From positions 928,001-992,000 of the forward strand of contig CAVTCS010000003.1 in NCBI GenBank assembly GCA_963733295.1: a stretch of 64,000 bases of DNA, read 5' to 3'. The DNA is from Vulcanimicrobiota bacterium. Its GTDB lineage: Bacteria; Vulcanimicrobiota; Vulcanimicrobiia; Vulcanimicrobiales; Vulcanimicrobiaceae. Below are positions 29,896-40,187 of this stretch, one piece after another; position 1 is the stretch's first letter; the number at the start of each line of letters is the position of its first letter. The notes beneath the pieces were generated by a model. It did no database searches and was not told the origin of the DNA. It saw nothing but the letters and a program-made list of their open reading frames with translations. A program made the position numbers and the translations under genes.

Positions 29896-30461
29896 TGCGT
29901 TCTTCCGAACGAGGTTTCACGCTGCTCGAAGTCATGCTCGCGACCGCGCTGCTCGGACTTGCTGTGGTCGCGTTCGGTGCCGGCTCGTTCGCAAGCAGGC
30001 CCGCTTCGCTGGCCGCGGCGAGCGCGGCGCTGCCCGCGACGGTCGCGCGCGCCAGAGCGCTGGCCGAGTCGAGCGGTGACGGTGCCACTTTGACCTTCGC
30101 GCCGAGCGCCTCCGGTTTCGTGGCGACGCTCTATCCGCACCGCCCTGTTGCGGGGAGTTCGTTCAGCGTCGCGACGATCGAGCAAACCGAAGCCTTTCGC
30201 GTGTACCTCGCGTCGTCAAGCGCCGGCACGAGTCCGTTTGCGGTCTTTCTCTCTTCCTCGGGCAGCACGTCTTGGGCCGCCTGGACGCCCACGGACGGAT
30301 CGCTCGCCGCCGAGCCCGCCTGCGACGCACCGCTCGAACTCGTGATGGGTCCGTCCGCCCAGGCCGTCGCGCTCGCGCCGCTTGCAAAACCCTCGCCGGT
30401 TCCGGCCGCACTCGCCTGGTTTACGCTGACGTGTCAAGACGCAACCTTACTGCAGTCGTGA
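29895..30461 (+). CDS. prepilin-type N-terminal methylation protein (FimT-like)
   Basis: ERG|FTLLEVMLATALL; GTG 29895. Confidence 0.75.
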   Translation: MRSSERGFTLLEVMLATALLGLAVVAFGAGSFASRPASLAAASAALPATVARARALAESSGDGATLTFAPSASGFVATLYPHRPVAGSSFSVATIEQTEAFRVYLASSSAGTSPFAVFLSSSGSTSWAAWTPTDGSLAAEPACDAPLELVMGPSAQAVALAPLAKPSPVPAALAWFTLTCQDATLLQS

Positions 30462-30488
30462 GCCGCCTCGAACGAGAAGCAGGCGGTC

Positions 30489-31556
30489 ATCGAATCGCCT
30501 CGCGCCACCGCAGCTTACCGGTACGTTCTCCCGACCGAACTGATCGCGCGGCGACCCGCGGATCCGGCCGACTCGGCACGGCTGATGCTGGTCGATCCGC
30601 GCGCGCGAACGCTCGCGCACGAACGCTTTAGCGCGTTCCCCGAGCACTTGCGCCCCGGCGACGTGCTCGTCGTCAACGAGGCACGGGTCATTCGCGCGCG
30701 GCTACGCGGTCGCCGCGAACCCGAGGGCGGCCAGGCGGAGATCCTGCTCGTTCATCCGGCCGGAACGACGCGTTTCGATCCGAACGCGACACGCTGGATC
30801 GCTCTCGTGAAACCCGGACGAAAATTGCACGCGGGCGCGCGAGTGCGTTTCGGCGAGGCCGGTGCGTGTCGCGTCGAAGCGGTTTTGCCGGACGGAACTC
30901 GCGAGATCGCCCTCGAGCTCGCGTTGCCGTTCGAGGAGTTCTTGGAGCGTCACGGCGAGCTGCCGCTGCCGCCCTACGTCGGCCCGGGCGACGAGCGGCG
31001 CGCCGAACGCTATCAGACGATCTTCGCGCGGGAACCGGGAAGCGTCGCCGCACCGACTGCGTCGCTCCACTTCACGCCCGCGGTGCTCGAGCGCGCTCGC
31101 GAACGCGGCGTCGAGTTGGTACGGCTCGTTCTCGATGTGGGTCTCGCGACGTTCAAGCCGATCGAGACGGAAACGATCGACGATCACGTCATGCATCGCG
31201 AGCGCTACGCGATCCCTGCGGTCACGGCGGAAGCCGTCAATCGCGCGAAACGTGAAGGCAGGCGCGTGGTCGCCGCCGGTACGACGACGCTACGCGCTCT
31301 CGAGTCGTCCGTCGTCCGAGATGAGGTCGCTGCGGGTGAAGGCGAGACCGAACTTTTCATTTCGCCGGGTTTCCGCTTCCGCGTTGCCGACGCGCTCCTT
31401 ACAAACTTTCACCTGCCGGGCTCGAGCCTGCTCGTCCTCGTCTCCGCGTTCGCCGGCCACGAACTCGTCCGCGACGCCTACGCCGCGGCGATCGAGCAGC
31501 GTTACCGTTTCTACTCGTTCGGCGACGCGATGTTGTTCACGTCGCGCGCCATTTGA
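30489..31556 (+). CDS. queA: S-adenosylmethionine:tRNA ribosyltransferase-isomerase (probable ATC start)
   Basis: YRYVLPTELIARRP..SARLML, PLPPY, GSVAAPTASLHFT, YRFYSFGDAM. Confidence 0.93.
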   Translation: MESPRATAAYRYVLPTELIARRPADPADSARLMLVDPRARTLAHERFSAFPEHLRPGDVLVVNEARVIRARLRGRREPEGGQAEILLVHPAGTTRFDPNATRWIALVKPGRKLHAGARVRFGEAGACRVEAVLPDGTREIALELALPFEEFLERHGELPLPPYVGPGDERRAERYQTIFAREPGSVAAPTASLHFTPAVLERARERGVELVRLVLDVGLATFKPIETETIDDHVMHRERYAIPAVTAEAVNRAKREGRRVVAAGTTTLRALESSVVRDEVAAGEGETELFISPGFRFRVADALLTNFHLPGSSLLVLVSAFAGHELVRDAYAAAIEQRYRFYSFGDAMLFTSRAI

Positions 31557-31625
31557 ACTCGGCGGAAAACGGCGAGCCCCGGGCTGGAGGCAGGTTGCGT
31601 CGCTCCCGAGCGCAGTCCGGAGCGT

Positions 31626-31654
31626 TTGACATCCGCCTTGGGGCTTGGTATCCT
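31626..31654 (+). promoter_or_regulatory. sigma70-type promoter of the ribosomal-protein operon
   Basis: TTGACA-17 nt-TATCCT with TGn extension. Confidence 0.8.
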
Positions 31655-31766
31655 CTCGGGGTTGTGGCCGAGGCCGCGAACGTCTTTGCGTGCGTTCGCG
31701 GCGGAAACAATAAGATGAACGCCTGGCTCCGTGGATTAGAGTCAGCTTCCAGAAGGCGATACTCCG

Positions 31767-32423
31767 ATGAAAAACATCATCGGCCGCAAGGCCGGGATGA
31801 CGAGCATTTTCACCGCCGACGGGCGGTACGTGCCGGTTACCGTCATCGAGGCGGGGCCGTGCCTCGTGCTGCAAAAAAAGACCCTCGCGTCGGACGGCTA
31901 CGAGTCGGTTGCGCTCGCTTTCGGCGCTGTGAAGCCGGCGCGGATGACCAAGGCTCAGGCCGGCCGGTTCAAGCACGCGGGTCTGGAACCCAAGAAGGTC
32001 GTCCGTGAGTTCCGCCGCGAGATCGGCGGCGTTGAGGTCGGGCAGTCGGTCGGAGTCGACATATTTAAAGAAGGCGACCGCGTCGACGTGGTCGGGATCT
32101 CGAAAGGCCACGGCTTCGCCGGCGGCATCAAGCGCCACAACTTCCACGGTGGCGGCCGTAGCCACGGGTCCATGATCCACCGCCAGCCGGCCTCGAACGG
32201 CGACACCAACGCCGGACGCGTGGTTAAGGGCAGCCGCCGGCCCGGGCACTACGGCGTCGACCGGGTGACGCACCAAAATCTCGAGGTGGTCCGCGCGGAT
32301 ACCGAACGCAACCTTCTGCTCGTGCGCGGTCCGGTTCCGGGTGCTCGCGACGGGCTGGTCCTCATCTCGGCCGCAGTCAGACCGCCCAAACAAACTTCGG
32401 CACCGGCCGCGGGAGCCAAGTGA
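31767..32423 (+). CDS. rplC: 50S ribosomal protein L3
   Basis: IGRKAGMT, VPVTVIEAGPC, SKGHGFAGGIKRH. Confidence 0.97.
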   Translation: MKNIIGRKAGMTSIFTADGRYVPVTVIEAGPCLVLQKKTLASDGYESVALAFGAVKPARMTKAQAGRFKHAGLEPKKVVREFRREIGGVEVGQSVGVDIFKEGDRVDVVGISKGHGFAGGIKRHNFHGGGRSHGSMIHRQPASNGDTNAGRVVKGSRRPGHYGVDRVTHQNLEVVRADTERNLLLVRGPVPGARDGLVLISAAVRPPKQTSAPAAGAK

Positions 32424-33085
32424 TGCCGAGCGTCATCGATGCCAAGGGCGCGACCCTTCGCGACGAGCCGGTTCCGGCGGCCTTCGCCGCCCCGATCGGT
32501 AACAGCAACGTGATGTTCCGGGCGGTCTTCCGCGAACTCGCCAATCCGCGCGCAGGGACCGCGTCGACCAAGCGCCGCGACGAAGTCTCGGGCGGCGGCA
32601 GAAAACCCTGGCGCCAAAAAGGCACCGGACGCGCCCGTCAAGGATCGACCCGTTCGCCGCAGTGGCGCCACGGCGGCGTCGTATTCGGGCCCAAACCGCG
32701 CTCGTACGAAGTCTCGCTCAATAAGAAGGAGCGTCGCTTGGCCTTGCGTTCCGCACTGGCCGACCGGTTTTCGTCCGATTGCGTGACGCTGCTGGCAACC
32801 GACGGCTTCGACGTGAACAAGACTCGCGACATGGCGGCGCTGCTCTTCGGTTCGGCCAAAGCCGCCAAGCACGGCCCGCGCACGCTCGTCGTCTACGCCG
32901 CGACCGAGCGCGACGGTGTTGGTCTGCAGCTGGCGCGCGCCGGTGCGAATCTCGAGCGCGTCGCGATCACGCACACCCAAGCGCTCGACGTCAAAGACAT
33001 CCTCGGTTACGGCCGCATCGTCTTCACGACCGCCGCCTTCGAAGAACTGCGCGACAGCTTCGCCGACGAAAAGAAAGCCAAATGA
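32420..33085 (+). CDS. rplD: 50S ribosomal protein L4
   Basis: TKRRDEVSGGGRKPWRQKGTGRARQGS. Confidence 0.97.
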   Translation: MMPSVIDAKGATLRDEPVPAAFAAPIGNSNVMFRAVFRELANPRAGTASTKRRDEVSGGGRKPWRQKGTGRARQGSTRSPQWRHGGVVFGPKPRSYEVSLNKKERRLALRSALADRFSSDCVTLLATDGFDVNKTRDMAALLFGSAKAAKHGPRTLVVYAATERDGVGLQLARAGANLERVAITHTQALDVKDILGYGRIVFTTAAFEELRDSFADEKKAK

Positions 33086-33104
33086 TCGAACCAAAAAGTC
33101 TAAC

Positions 33105-33209
33105 TGGGGGCCCGCGCGGCGAAGTCAGCGCGGGGGCGCGCAGGAGCGTTTTTCCGGCGCAGTCGGAAAAGCGCTCCGTAGTGCCAGGCACCCCGCGAAG
33201 TGGGGTGCC
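33105..33209 (+). repeat. three-hairpin dispersed element, copy 1
   Basis: tgggggcccgcgcggcga...ttttccggcgcagtcggaaaa...gcaccccgcgaagtggggtgc; alignable to 36643 and 40075. Confidence 0.92.
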
Positions 33210-33214
33210 ATTCG

Positions 33215-33523
33215 ATGCAGTCGCGTGATGTCGTTATCGCTCCGTTGATTACCGAGAAATCGATGGCCGGAACGATGCAACAGCAGTACGCCTTCGAAGT
33301 GCACCCACGTGCCACGAAGACGCAGATCCGGCATGCCGTCGAGGAGATCTTCAAGGTGTCGGTCATCAAGGTCAATACCGTCAACGTCGGCGGCAAGTCG
33401 AAGAACTTCGCCCGGCGCGGCGTGCGCACGTCCGGCAAGCAACCGGATTGGAAGAAGGCCGTCGTTACGCTCAAGGCCGGTCAGAAAATCGAACTCGGCG
33501 GCCAGAACTATTTCGAGCAGTAA
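33215..33523 (+). CDS. rplW: 50S ribosomal protein L23
   Basis: MQSRDVVIAPLITEKS, ATKTQIRHAVE, WKKAVVTL. Confidence 0.95.
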   Translation: MQSRDVVIAPLITEKSMAGTMQQQYAFEVHPRATKTQIRHAVEEIFKVSVIKVNTVNVGGKSKNFARRGVRTSGKQPDWKKAVVTLKAGQKIELGGQNYFEQ

Positions 33524-33526
33524 GCG

Positions 33527-34353
<827 letters not shown>

Positions 34354-34354
<1 letters not shown>

Positions 34355-34632
34355 TGGGCCGTTCTCTCAAGAAGGGTCCGTTCGTGGCGGACCATCTGAT
34401 CGCCAAAGTCGAGAAGATGAATGCTTCGCGCGAAAAGCGCGTCATCAAGACGTGGTCCCGCTCCAGCACGATCGTACCGACGTTCGTCGGCCATACGATC
34501 TCGGTGCACAACGGCAAGACGCACGTCCCCGTCTTCGTTACCGAAAACATGGTCGGACACAAGCTCGGCGAGTTCGCTCCAACGCGTTTGTTCCGGGGTC
34601 ACTCCGGCAGTGAGAAGAGTGCCGTAAAGTGA
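34354..34632 (+). CDS. rpsS: 30S ribosomal protein S19
   Basis: [22 protein letters not shown]. Confidence 0.98.
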
Positions 34633-35144
34633 GCGTCCAAGCCGGCGAGGAACGCGCCCTGGCGTTCGCTCATCTGAGGTTCGCCCGCATGGGCCCGCGC
34701 AAACTGCGCCGGGTCGCGGATGCCATTCGCGGCAAGAGCGTGCGCGAAGCGCTCGTGCTCTTGAAGTTCTCCGGCGTCTATGCTTCCGAGCCGCTCGAGA
34801 AGCTGCTGCGCAGCGCCGTCGCCAACGCCGAGAACAATCACGACATGGCCGTCGACGAACTGTACGTCACCAAGATCACCGTCGACGGCGGTCCCGGTGG
34901 CGGGATGACGAAGCGGCTCGATCCGCGCGCGCAAGGCCGCGCCGCGTTCAAGCGCAAGCGCATGTCGCACGTGACGATCGCCGTCGGACCCACGCCGCCC
35001 AAGCGCCTCCCCAAGAAGCGTTCGGGCGCCTCGATCGCTCTCTCGACGGTGGATTCGCGCCGTCGCGCCGCGGCACCGGCCGCCAAAGCGCCGGCCAAAC
35101 GCACCCGCAAACCGAAGGCCGCCGCGGCCGGAGCTTCCACTTAA
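34629..35144 (+). CDS. rplV: 50S ribosomal protein L22 with basic C-terminal tail
   Basis: [30 protein letters not shown]. Confidence 0.96.
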   Translation: MSVQAGEERALAFAHLRFARMGPRKLRRVADAIRGKSVREALVLLKFSGVYASEPLEKLLRSAVANAENNHDMAVDELYVTKITVDGGPGGGMTKRLDPRAQGRAAFKRKRMSHVTIAVGPTPPKRLPKKRSGASIALSTVDSRRRAAAPAAKAPAKRTRKPKAAAAGAST

Positions 35145-36172
35145 TGGGACAGAAGATTCACCCCGTCGGGCTGCGCCTCGGGATCACCCGGACTTGGGAC
35201 AGCCGCTGGTTCGAAAAGAAGAACTACCGCGCCTGGCTCCACGAGGATCAGTCGATCCGTAAGTATTTCGGACGCTTGACGCGAGCTGCGGCGATTTCGC
35301 GCGTCGAGATCGAACGCCGCGCGAATCAGGCGCGCGTCATCGTGCACACCGCGAAACCCGGTATCATCATCGGCAAGCGCGGCGTGGGCATCGAAGACAT
35401 TCGGAAGAGCCTCGAGCGGCTGACGCAAAAGAACGTGCAAGTCAACGTCGTCGAGATCAAGCATCCGGAACTCGATGCGCGTTTGGTCGGTCAGAACATC
35501 GTCGATCAGCTCGAGAAGCGCATAGCTTTCCGGCGCGCGATGAAGCAAGCGATCATGCGGACGATGAAGGCCGGCGCGCGGGGCGTAAAGGTCATGGTTT
35601 CGGGCCGCCTGGGCGGCGCCGAAATCGCCCGCACCGAACAGAATCACGACGGTAAGGTGCCGCTTCACACGCTGCGCGCCGACATCGACTACGCGCACGT
35701 CGAAGCCTTCACGACGTTCGGTCGCATCGGTTGCAAAGTCTGGATCTACAAAGGTGAAGTTCTCCCCGATACTCCGCGGATCGAACCGAAACCCGAACGC
35801 AACGCCGCCGAACGAGCGACCTTCCGCGACCGCCGCAACGAACGGCGCGCGCGCCGGCCGGAGCCGGTTGCGAGCGATGGGGACGACACGCTGACGCTGC
35901 CGAGCGTCGCGCAGATCGAGAACGACTCAAGCTCGCTGGCTGAAGACATCGAGGGTGCCGCGCCGGCCGGCGGGGACCATCCGACCGGCGTGCACGGCGG
36001 TTCCGCGGTTCACGCGGTGCCGCACGCCGCGATCGACGCGGTCGAAGACGCGACGCCGGTCGCGACGGTCGAGCACGAGGTCGCTGCGATTCCGGACGTG
36101 CTTCTGGCCGACTCCGGCACAGCGGAAGCTGTTGCCGGCGGCGACGTTCCCGAGGGAGAAGCGAGCGAGTAA
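35144..36172 (+). CDS. rpsC: 30S ribosomal protein S3 with long acidic tail
   Basis: [36 protein letters not shown]. Confidence 0.97.
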   Translation: MGQKIHPVGLRLGITRTWDSRWFEKKNYRAWLHEDQSIRKYFGRLTRAAAISRVEIERRANQARVIVHTAKPGIIIGKRGVGIEDIRKSLERLTQKNVQVNVVEIKHPELDARLVGQNIVDQLEKRIAFRRAMKQAIMRTMKAGARGVKVMVSGRLGGAEIARTEQNHDGKVPLHTLRADIDYAHVEAFTTFGRIGCKVWIYKGEVLPDTPRIEPKPERNAAERATFRDRRNERRARRPEPVASDGDDTLTLPSVAQIENDSSSLAEDIEGAAPAGGDHPTGVHGGSAVHAVPHAAIDAVEDATPVATVEHEVAAIPDVLLADSGTAEAVAGGDVPEGEASE

Positions 36173-36600
36173 TGCTGACACCCAAACGCGTCAAGTGGCG
36201 CAAGCAGCATCGCGGACGGATGACCGGACGCGCCGAGGTCGGAAACACGCTGACCTTCGGCGACTATGGTTTGCAGGCGCTCGAGCCGTGCTGGATGTCG
36301 AGCCGGCAAATCGAAGCCGCGCGTATCGCGATGACGCGCCATATCAAACGCGGCGGCAAAGTCTGGATCAAAGTCTTTCCGGACAAACCCGTCACGAAGA
36401 AGCCGGCCGAAGTTCGCATGGGTTCCGGCAAGGGCAACCCCGAGTTCTGGGTCGCCGTCGTGCTCCCCGGGCGGATCCTTTTCGAAATCGCCGGCGTCAG
36501 CGAATCGGTCGCGCGCGAAGCATTACGTCTAGCAGCCGCAAAATTGCCGATCTCCGTCAAGTTCGTCTCCCGCCACGGCGAAACGGAGGCCGCATCGTGA
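36172..36600 (+). CDS. rplP: 50S ribosomal protein L16
   Basis: [19 protein letters not shown]. Confidence 0.98.
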   Translation: MLTPKRVKWRKQHRGRMTGRAEVGNTLTFGDYGLQALEPCWMSSRQIEAARIAMTRHIKRGGKVWIKVFPDKPVTKKPAEVRMGSGKGNPEFWVAVVLPGRILFEIAGVSESVAREALRLAAAKLPISVKFVSRHGETEAAS

Positions 36601-36642
36601 AGCCTAGTATGGGGTCGCGCGGCGAGACCGGTGGAGTGTCAA

Positions 36643-36748
36643 TGGGGTCCCGCGCGGCGACAGTCCGCGCGGGGGCGCGCAGCAACATTTTTCCGGCGCA
36701 GTCGGAAAAGTGTTGCGCAGTGCCTAGCACCCCGCGAAGTGGGGTGCT
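36643..36748 (+). repeat. three-hairpin dispersed element, copy 2 (preceded by a 5' fragment at 36609-36625)
   Basis: Same layout as copy 1, with compensatory stem gcaaca/tgttgc. Confidence 0.92.
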
Positions 36749-36753
36749 TTCCA

Positions 36754-36975
36754 ATGAAACGCGATGAGTTGGCGGGGTTGCGCGGGTTTACGATCGAGGA
36801 GCTGTTGCAGAAGGCGCGCGAGACCAAGGAAGAGTTGTTCAATTTGCGCTTTCAGTTGCGCACCGGGCATCTTTCGGATTTCAGCCGCGTGAGAGCGGTG
36901 CGCCGCAGCTACGCGCAGATTCAGACCGTCATCAGCCAGAAGCGGCTTGCGGAGGCCAAACATGGAGCAGCCTAA
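36754..36975 (+). CDS. rpmC: 50S ribosomal protein L29
   Basis: [13 protein letters not shown]; position after rplP. Confidence 0.93.
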   Translation: MKRDELAGLRGFTIEELLQKARETKEELFNLRFQLRTGHLSDFSRVRAVRRSYAQIQTVISQKRLAEAKHGAA

Positions 36976-37234
36976 GGAATCGGCACGCAACCGCCGCCGC
37001 ATCAAGCAGGGCCGCGTCGCGAGCGACAAGATGGACAAGACCATCGTGGTCGTCACCGAGACGCGCGTACCTCACGCGGTCTATGCGAAGATCGTGCGCC
37101 GTTCGGTGCGCTTCAAAGCGCACGACGAGCAGAACGAAGCCAAGGCGGGCGATCTCGTCCGCATCGCCGAGTGCCGCCCGCTCTCGCGCGATAAGCGCTG
37201 GCGCCTCCTCGAAATCGTCGAACGCGCGAAATAG
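36962..37234 (+). CDS. rpsQ: 30S ribosomal protein S17
   Basis: [26 protein letters not shown]. Confidence 0.97.
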   Translation: MEQPKESARNRRRIKQGRVASDKMDKTIVVVTETRVPHAVYAKIVRRSVRFKAHDEQNEAKAGDLVRIAECRPLSRDKRWRLLEIVERAK

Positions 37235-37244
37235 GCAGATACCC

Positions 37245-37622
37245 ATGATTCAACAAGAGACGCGACTGAAAGTCGCAGATAACAGCGGGGCTCGCGAACT
37301 CCTCTGCATTCACGTGCAGGGCGGGAGCCGGCACCGCTATGCCTACGTCGGAGACATCATCGTCGGGACGGTCAAGAGCGCGATTCCCGGCGCGGCGGTC
37401 AAGAAGGGTCAAGTCGTCAAAGCGGTCGTCGTGCGCTGCTCGCAACCGATGCGGCGTCCGGACGGCTCGACGATCAAGTTCGACGAGAACGCCTGCGTGA
37501 TCATCAAAGGCGAAAAAGACAACCTGGATCCGCGTGGCACGCGCGTGTTCGGTCCGGTCTGTCGCGAACTGCGCGACCGCGGTTTCTTGAAGATCGCTTC
37601 GCTTGCGCCGGAGGTGCTCTAA
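37245..37622 (+). CDS. rplN: 50S ribosomal protein L14
   Basis: [23 protein letters not shown]. Confidence 0.98.
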   Translation: MIQQETRLKVADNSGARELLCIHVQGGSRHRYAYVGDIIVGTVKSAIPGAAVKKGQVVKAVVVRCSQPMRRPDGSTIKFDENACVIIKGEKDNLDPRGTRVFGPVCRELRDRGFLKIASLAPEVL

Positions 37623-37990
37623 TGGGCGCAGCGGTGTTGGACCGCCCGGGTCCGTTGAAGCTGAGGCTCATCAAGGGCGATACCGTTATGGTTCGCCGAG
37701 GCAAGGAGAAGGGCAAGCGCGGTACGATCAAGGCCGTTTTCCCGAAGATCGGATTGGCGACCGTCGAGGGCTTGAACGTCGTCAAGCGTCACACCAAACA
37801 AGGTTACAGTGGCGCGAAGTCGGCCGGAATCTTCGAGAAAGAAGCGCCGCTGCCGCTTTCGGCGCTGCAGTACATTTGCGTGAAGTGCGACGCCCCGTCG
37901 CGCCTCAAGTACGAGACCGGTCCCCAGGGCAAGCAGCGAGTTTGCAGGCGTTGCAGCGAGCCCGCGGCCGCGTCGGTGAAGGGACGCTAG
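37622..37990 (+). CDS. rplX: 50S ribosomal protein L24 (zinc-ribbon type)
   Basis: KGDTVMVRRGKEKGKRG (KOW), VEGLNVVKRH, CVKC/CRRC. Confidence 0.95.
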   Translation: MGAAVLDRPGPLKLRLIKGDTVMVRRGKEKGKRGTIKAVFPKIGLATVEGLNVVKRHTKQGYSGAKSAGIFEKEAPLPLSALQYICVKCDAPSRLKYETGPQGKQRVCRRCSEPAAASVKGR

Positions 37991-37993
37991 CGG

Positions 37994-38551
37994 ATGGCTA
38001 CACAGGAGCGCCTGCGCGAGCGCTACGAAAGCGACGTGCGCAAGAGTCTGATCGAAAAGTTCGGCTACTCGAACGTGCACGAAGTGCCAAAACTCGAGAA
38101 GGTCGTCATCAACATGTCCGTCGGCGACGCGATCACCAGCAGCAAGATTCTCGACGTCGCCGCCAAGGAACTCGAGACGATCAGCGGTCAGAAGCCGATC
38201 ATCACGAAAGCCAAGAAGTCGATCGCAGCGTTCAAGCTGCGCGAGGGAATGTCGATCGGCTGCAAGGTCACGCTACGCGGCAAGCGCATGTACGTTTTCC
38301 TCGACAAGCTCTTCAACATCGTCCTGCCGCGCATCCGCGACTTCCGCGGACTTTCGCGCAAGTCGTTCGATGGACGCGGCAATTACAATCTCGGGCTCAA
38401 AGAGCAGCTCGTTTTCCCGGAGATCAATTTCGACCGGGTCGAAAAGGCACGCGGGATGGACATCGTGATCGTTACGTCCGCTCGCACCGATGAAGAAGCG
38501 ACCGAGTTCCTCACCCAAATGGGACTCCCGCTGCAAAAGGAACGGACCTGA
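37994..38551 (+). CDS. rplE: 50S ribosomal protein L5
   Basis: [25 protein letters not shown]. Confidence 0.98.
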   Translation: MATQERLRERYESDVRKSLIEKFGYSNVHEVPKLEKVVINMSVGDAITSSKILDVAAKELETISGQKPIITKAKKSIAAFKLREGMSIGCKVTLRGKRMYVFLDKLFNIVLPRIRDFRGLSRKSFDGRGNYNLGLKEQLVFPEINFDRVEKARGMDIVIVTSARTDEEATEFLTQMGLPLQKERT

Positions 38552-38736
38552 TGGCTAAGACCTCGTCGATCGAGAAGTCCAAACGCACCCCGAAGTTTTC
38601 GACGCGCCAGCACAACCGGTGCCTGGCTTGCGGTCGCGCGCGAGGCTACTACCGCAAATTCGGGTTGTGCCGGATCTGCCTGCGCGAGAACGCGCACCGT
38701 GGTTTCGTTCCCGGTATCACGAAAGCGAGCTGGTAG
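38551..38736 (+). CDS. rpsN: 30S ribosomal protein S14 type Z
   Basis: [21 protein letters not shown]. Confidence 0.96.
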   Translation: MAKTSSIEKSKRTPKFSTRQHNRCLACGRARGYYRKFGLCRICLRENAHRGFVPGITKASW

Positions 38737-38739
38737 AGA

Positions 38740-39141
38740 ATGGGCGTCGTCACCGATCCCATCGCCGACATGCTCACGCGGATTCGCAACGCGAACACCG
38801 CGAATCACGAGAACGTCGACATCCCGGCCTCTCGCATGAAGCGTGCGATCGCCGAAATCCTCAAAGAGGAAGGCTTCATCCGCAACTACGAGCTCGTGAG
38901 CGAGGGACCGCAAGGCACGCTGCGCGTCACGCTCAAGTACGGTCCTGAGAAGGAAAAAGTCATCACCGGCCTACGTCGCATCAGCCGTCCGGGATTGCGC
39001 GTCTACTCGTCGCGCACCGAGATTCCGCGCGTGCTGGGTGGCCTCGGTCTAGTTATACTTTCGACCAGCAAAGGCATCATGTCCGGCAAGCGCGCCAAGC
39101 GCGAGGGTTGCGGGGGCGAAGTCCTCGCTTACGTGTGGTAA
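38740..39141 (+). CDS. rpsH: 30S ribosomal protein S8
   Basis: [30 protein letters not shown]. Confidence 0.98.
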   Translation: MGVVTDPIADMLTRIRNANTANHENVDIPASRMKRAIAEILKEEGFIRNYELVSEGPQGTLRVTLKYGPEKEKVITGLRRISRPGLRVYSSRTEIPRVLGGLGLVILSTSKGIMSGKRAKREGCGGEVLAYVW

Positions 39142-39147
39142 TCGAAT

Positions 39148-39696
39148 ATGTCGCGCATTGGTAAACTTCCGATCCAGGTTCCAAGCGGCGTTAGCGTGTC
39201 GGTGGCCGACAGCGTCGTGCGGGTCAAGGGACCCAAGGGAGAACTCGAGCAGCACGTGCTTCCGGTCGTCGGCGTGAAAGTCGAAGACGGCACCGTGCGA
39301 GTCGAGCGTCATGGGGACAGCAAACCGCACCGCTCGGCGCACGGTCTGACGCGTACGCTGGTCGCGAACATGGTCGAAGGCGTCTCGAAGGGCTTCCGCA
39401 CGAGTCTGGAGATTCAGGGCGTCGGTTATCGCGTCAACAAGGCCGGCGAGCGCTTGAATCTCACGCTCGGGTACTCGCACCCGATCAGCTACGATCCGCC
39501 CAAGGGAATCTCGTTCGCCGTCGAGGGCACGAACAAGATTCACGTCGACGGCATCGACAAACAGCTCGTCGGGCAAGTCGCCGCCGAGATTCGCGACCTT
39601 CGTCCGCCGGAGCCGTACAAGGGCAAAGGCATTCGCTACGACGGCGAATACGTGCGCAAGAAGCTCGGAAAAGCCGGAAAGGCCGGTAAGAAGTAA
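39148..39696 (+). CDS. rplF: 50S ribosomal protein L6
   Basis: MSRIGKLPI, RPPEPYKGKGIRY. Confidence 0.98.
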   Translation: MSRIGKLPIQVPSGVSVSVADSVVRVKGPKGELEQHVLPVVGVKVEDGTVRVERHGDSKPHRSAHGLTRTLVANMVEGVSKGFRTSLEIQGVGYRVNKAGERLNLTLGYSHPISYDPPKGISFAVEGTNKIHVDGIDKQLVGQVAAEIRDLRPPEPYKGKGIRYDGEYVRKKLGKAGKAGKK

Positions 39697-40058
39697 TGCC
39701 GCTCTCGAAAAACGTTTCGCGGGTCAAGCGTCACGCTCGCTTGCGCCGCAAAGTCGTGGGAACGGCCGAACGTCCGCGCTTGCAAATCCATCGCACGCTG
39801 CACCACATTTACGCGGCGGTGATCGACGATGCCAAGGGCCACACCCTGGTGGCGGCCTCGACGCGCGAAAAGGAACTGTCGCAAGGACTTGCCTCGCGTA
39901 CGAATCTGGAAGCGGCCAAGAAGGTCGGCGACACGATCGGTCGCAAGGCCAAAGCGGCCGGGATCAATGCCGTCGTGTTCGACACGAGCGGTCTCAAATA
40001 TCACGGCCGGGTGGCCGCGCTGGCTGACGCGGCCCGTGCCGCCGGATTGGAATTCTGA
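39696..40058 (+). CDS. rplR: 50S ribosomal protein L18
   Basis: GTAERPRL, YHGRVAALADAARAAGLEF. Confidence 0.97.
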   Translation: MPLSKNVSRVKRHARLRRKVVGTAERPRLQIHRTLHHIYAAVIDDAKGHTLVAASTREKELSQGLASRTNLEAAKKVGDTIGRKAKAAGINAVVFDTSGLKYHGRVAALADAARAAGLEF

Positions 40059-40074
40059 CGATGATCGACACAAC

Positions 40075-40180
40075 TGGGGTCCCGCGCGGCGATAGTCAGC
40101 GCGGGGGCGCGCAGGAGCGTTTTTCCGGCGTAGTCGGAAAAGTGCTCCGGAGTGCCAAGCACCCCGCGCAGTGGGGTGCT
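40075..40180 (+). repeat. three-hairpin dispersed element, copy 3
   Basis: tggggtcccgcgcggcgatagtcagcgcggg...agcaccccgcgcagtggggtgct. Confidence 0.92.
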
Positions 40181-40187
40181 CTTTAAA

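Noticed and set aside
36631..36753. ORF-track N-terminal extensions of rpmC (36631), rplW (33200) and rpsE (40152)
   Set aside because: They are translations of the repeat in different frames and lack an SD; homology to the r-proteins begins at the downstream ATG.
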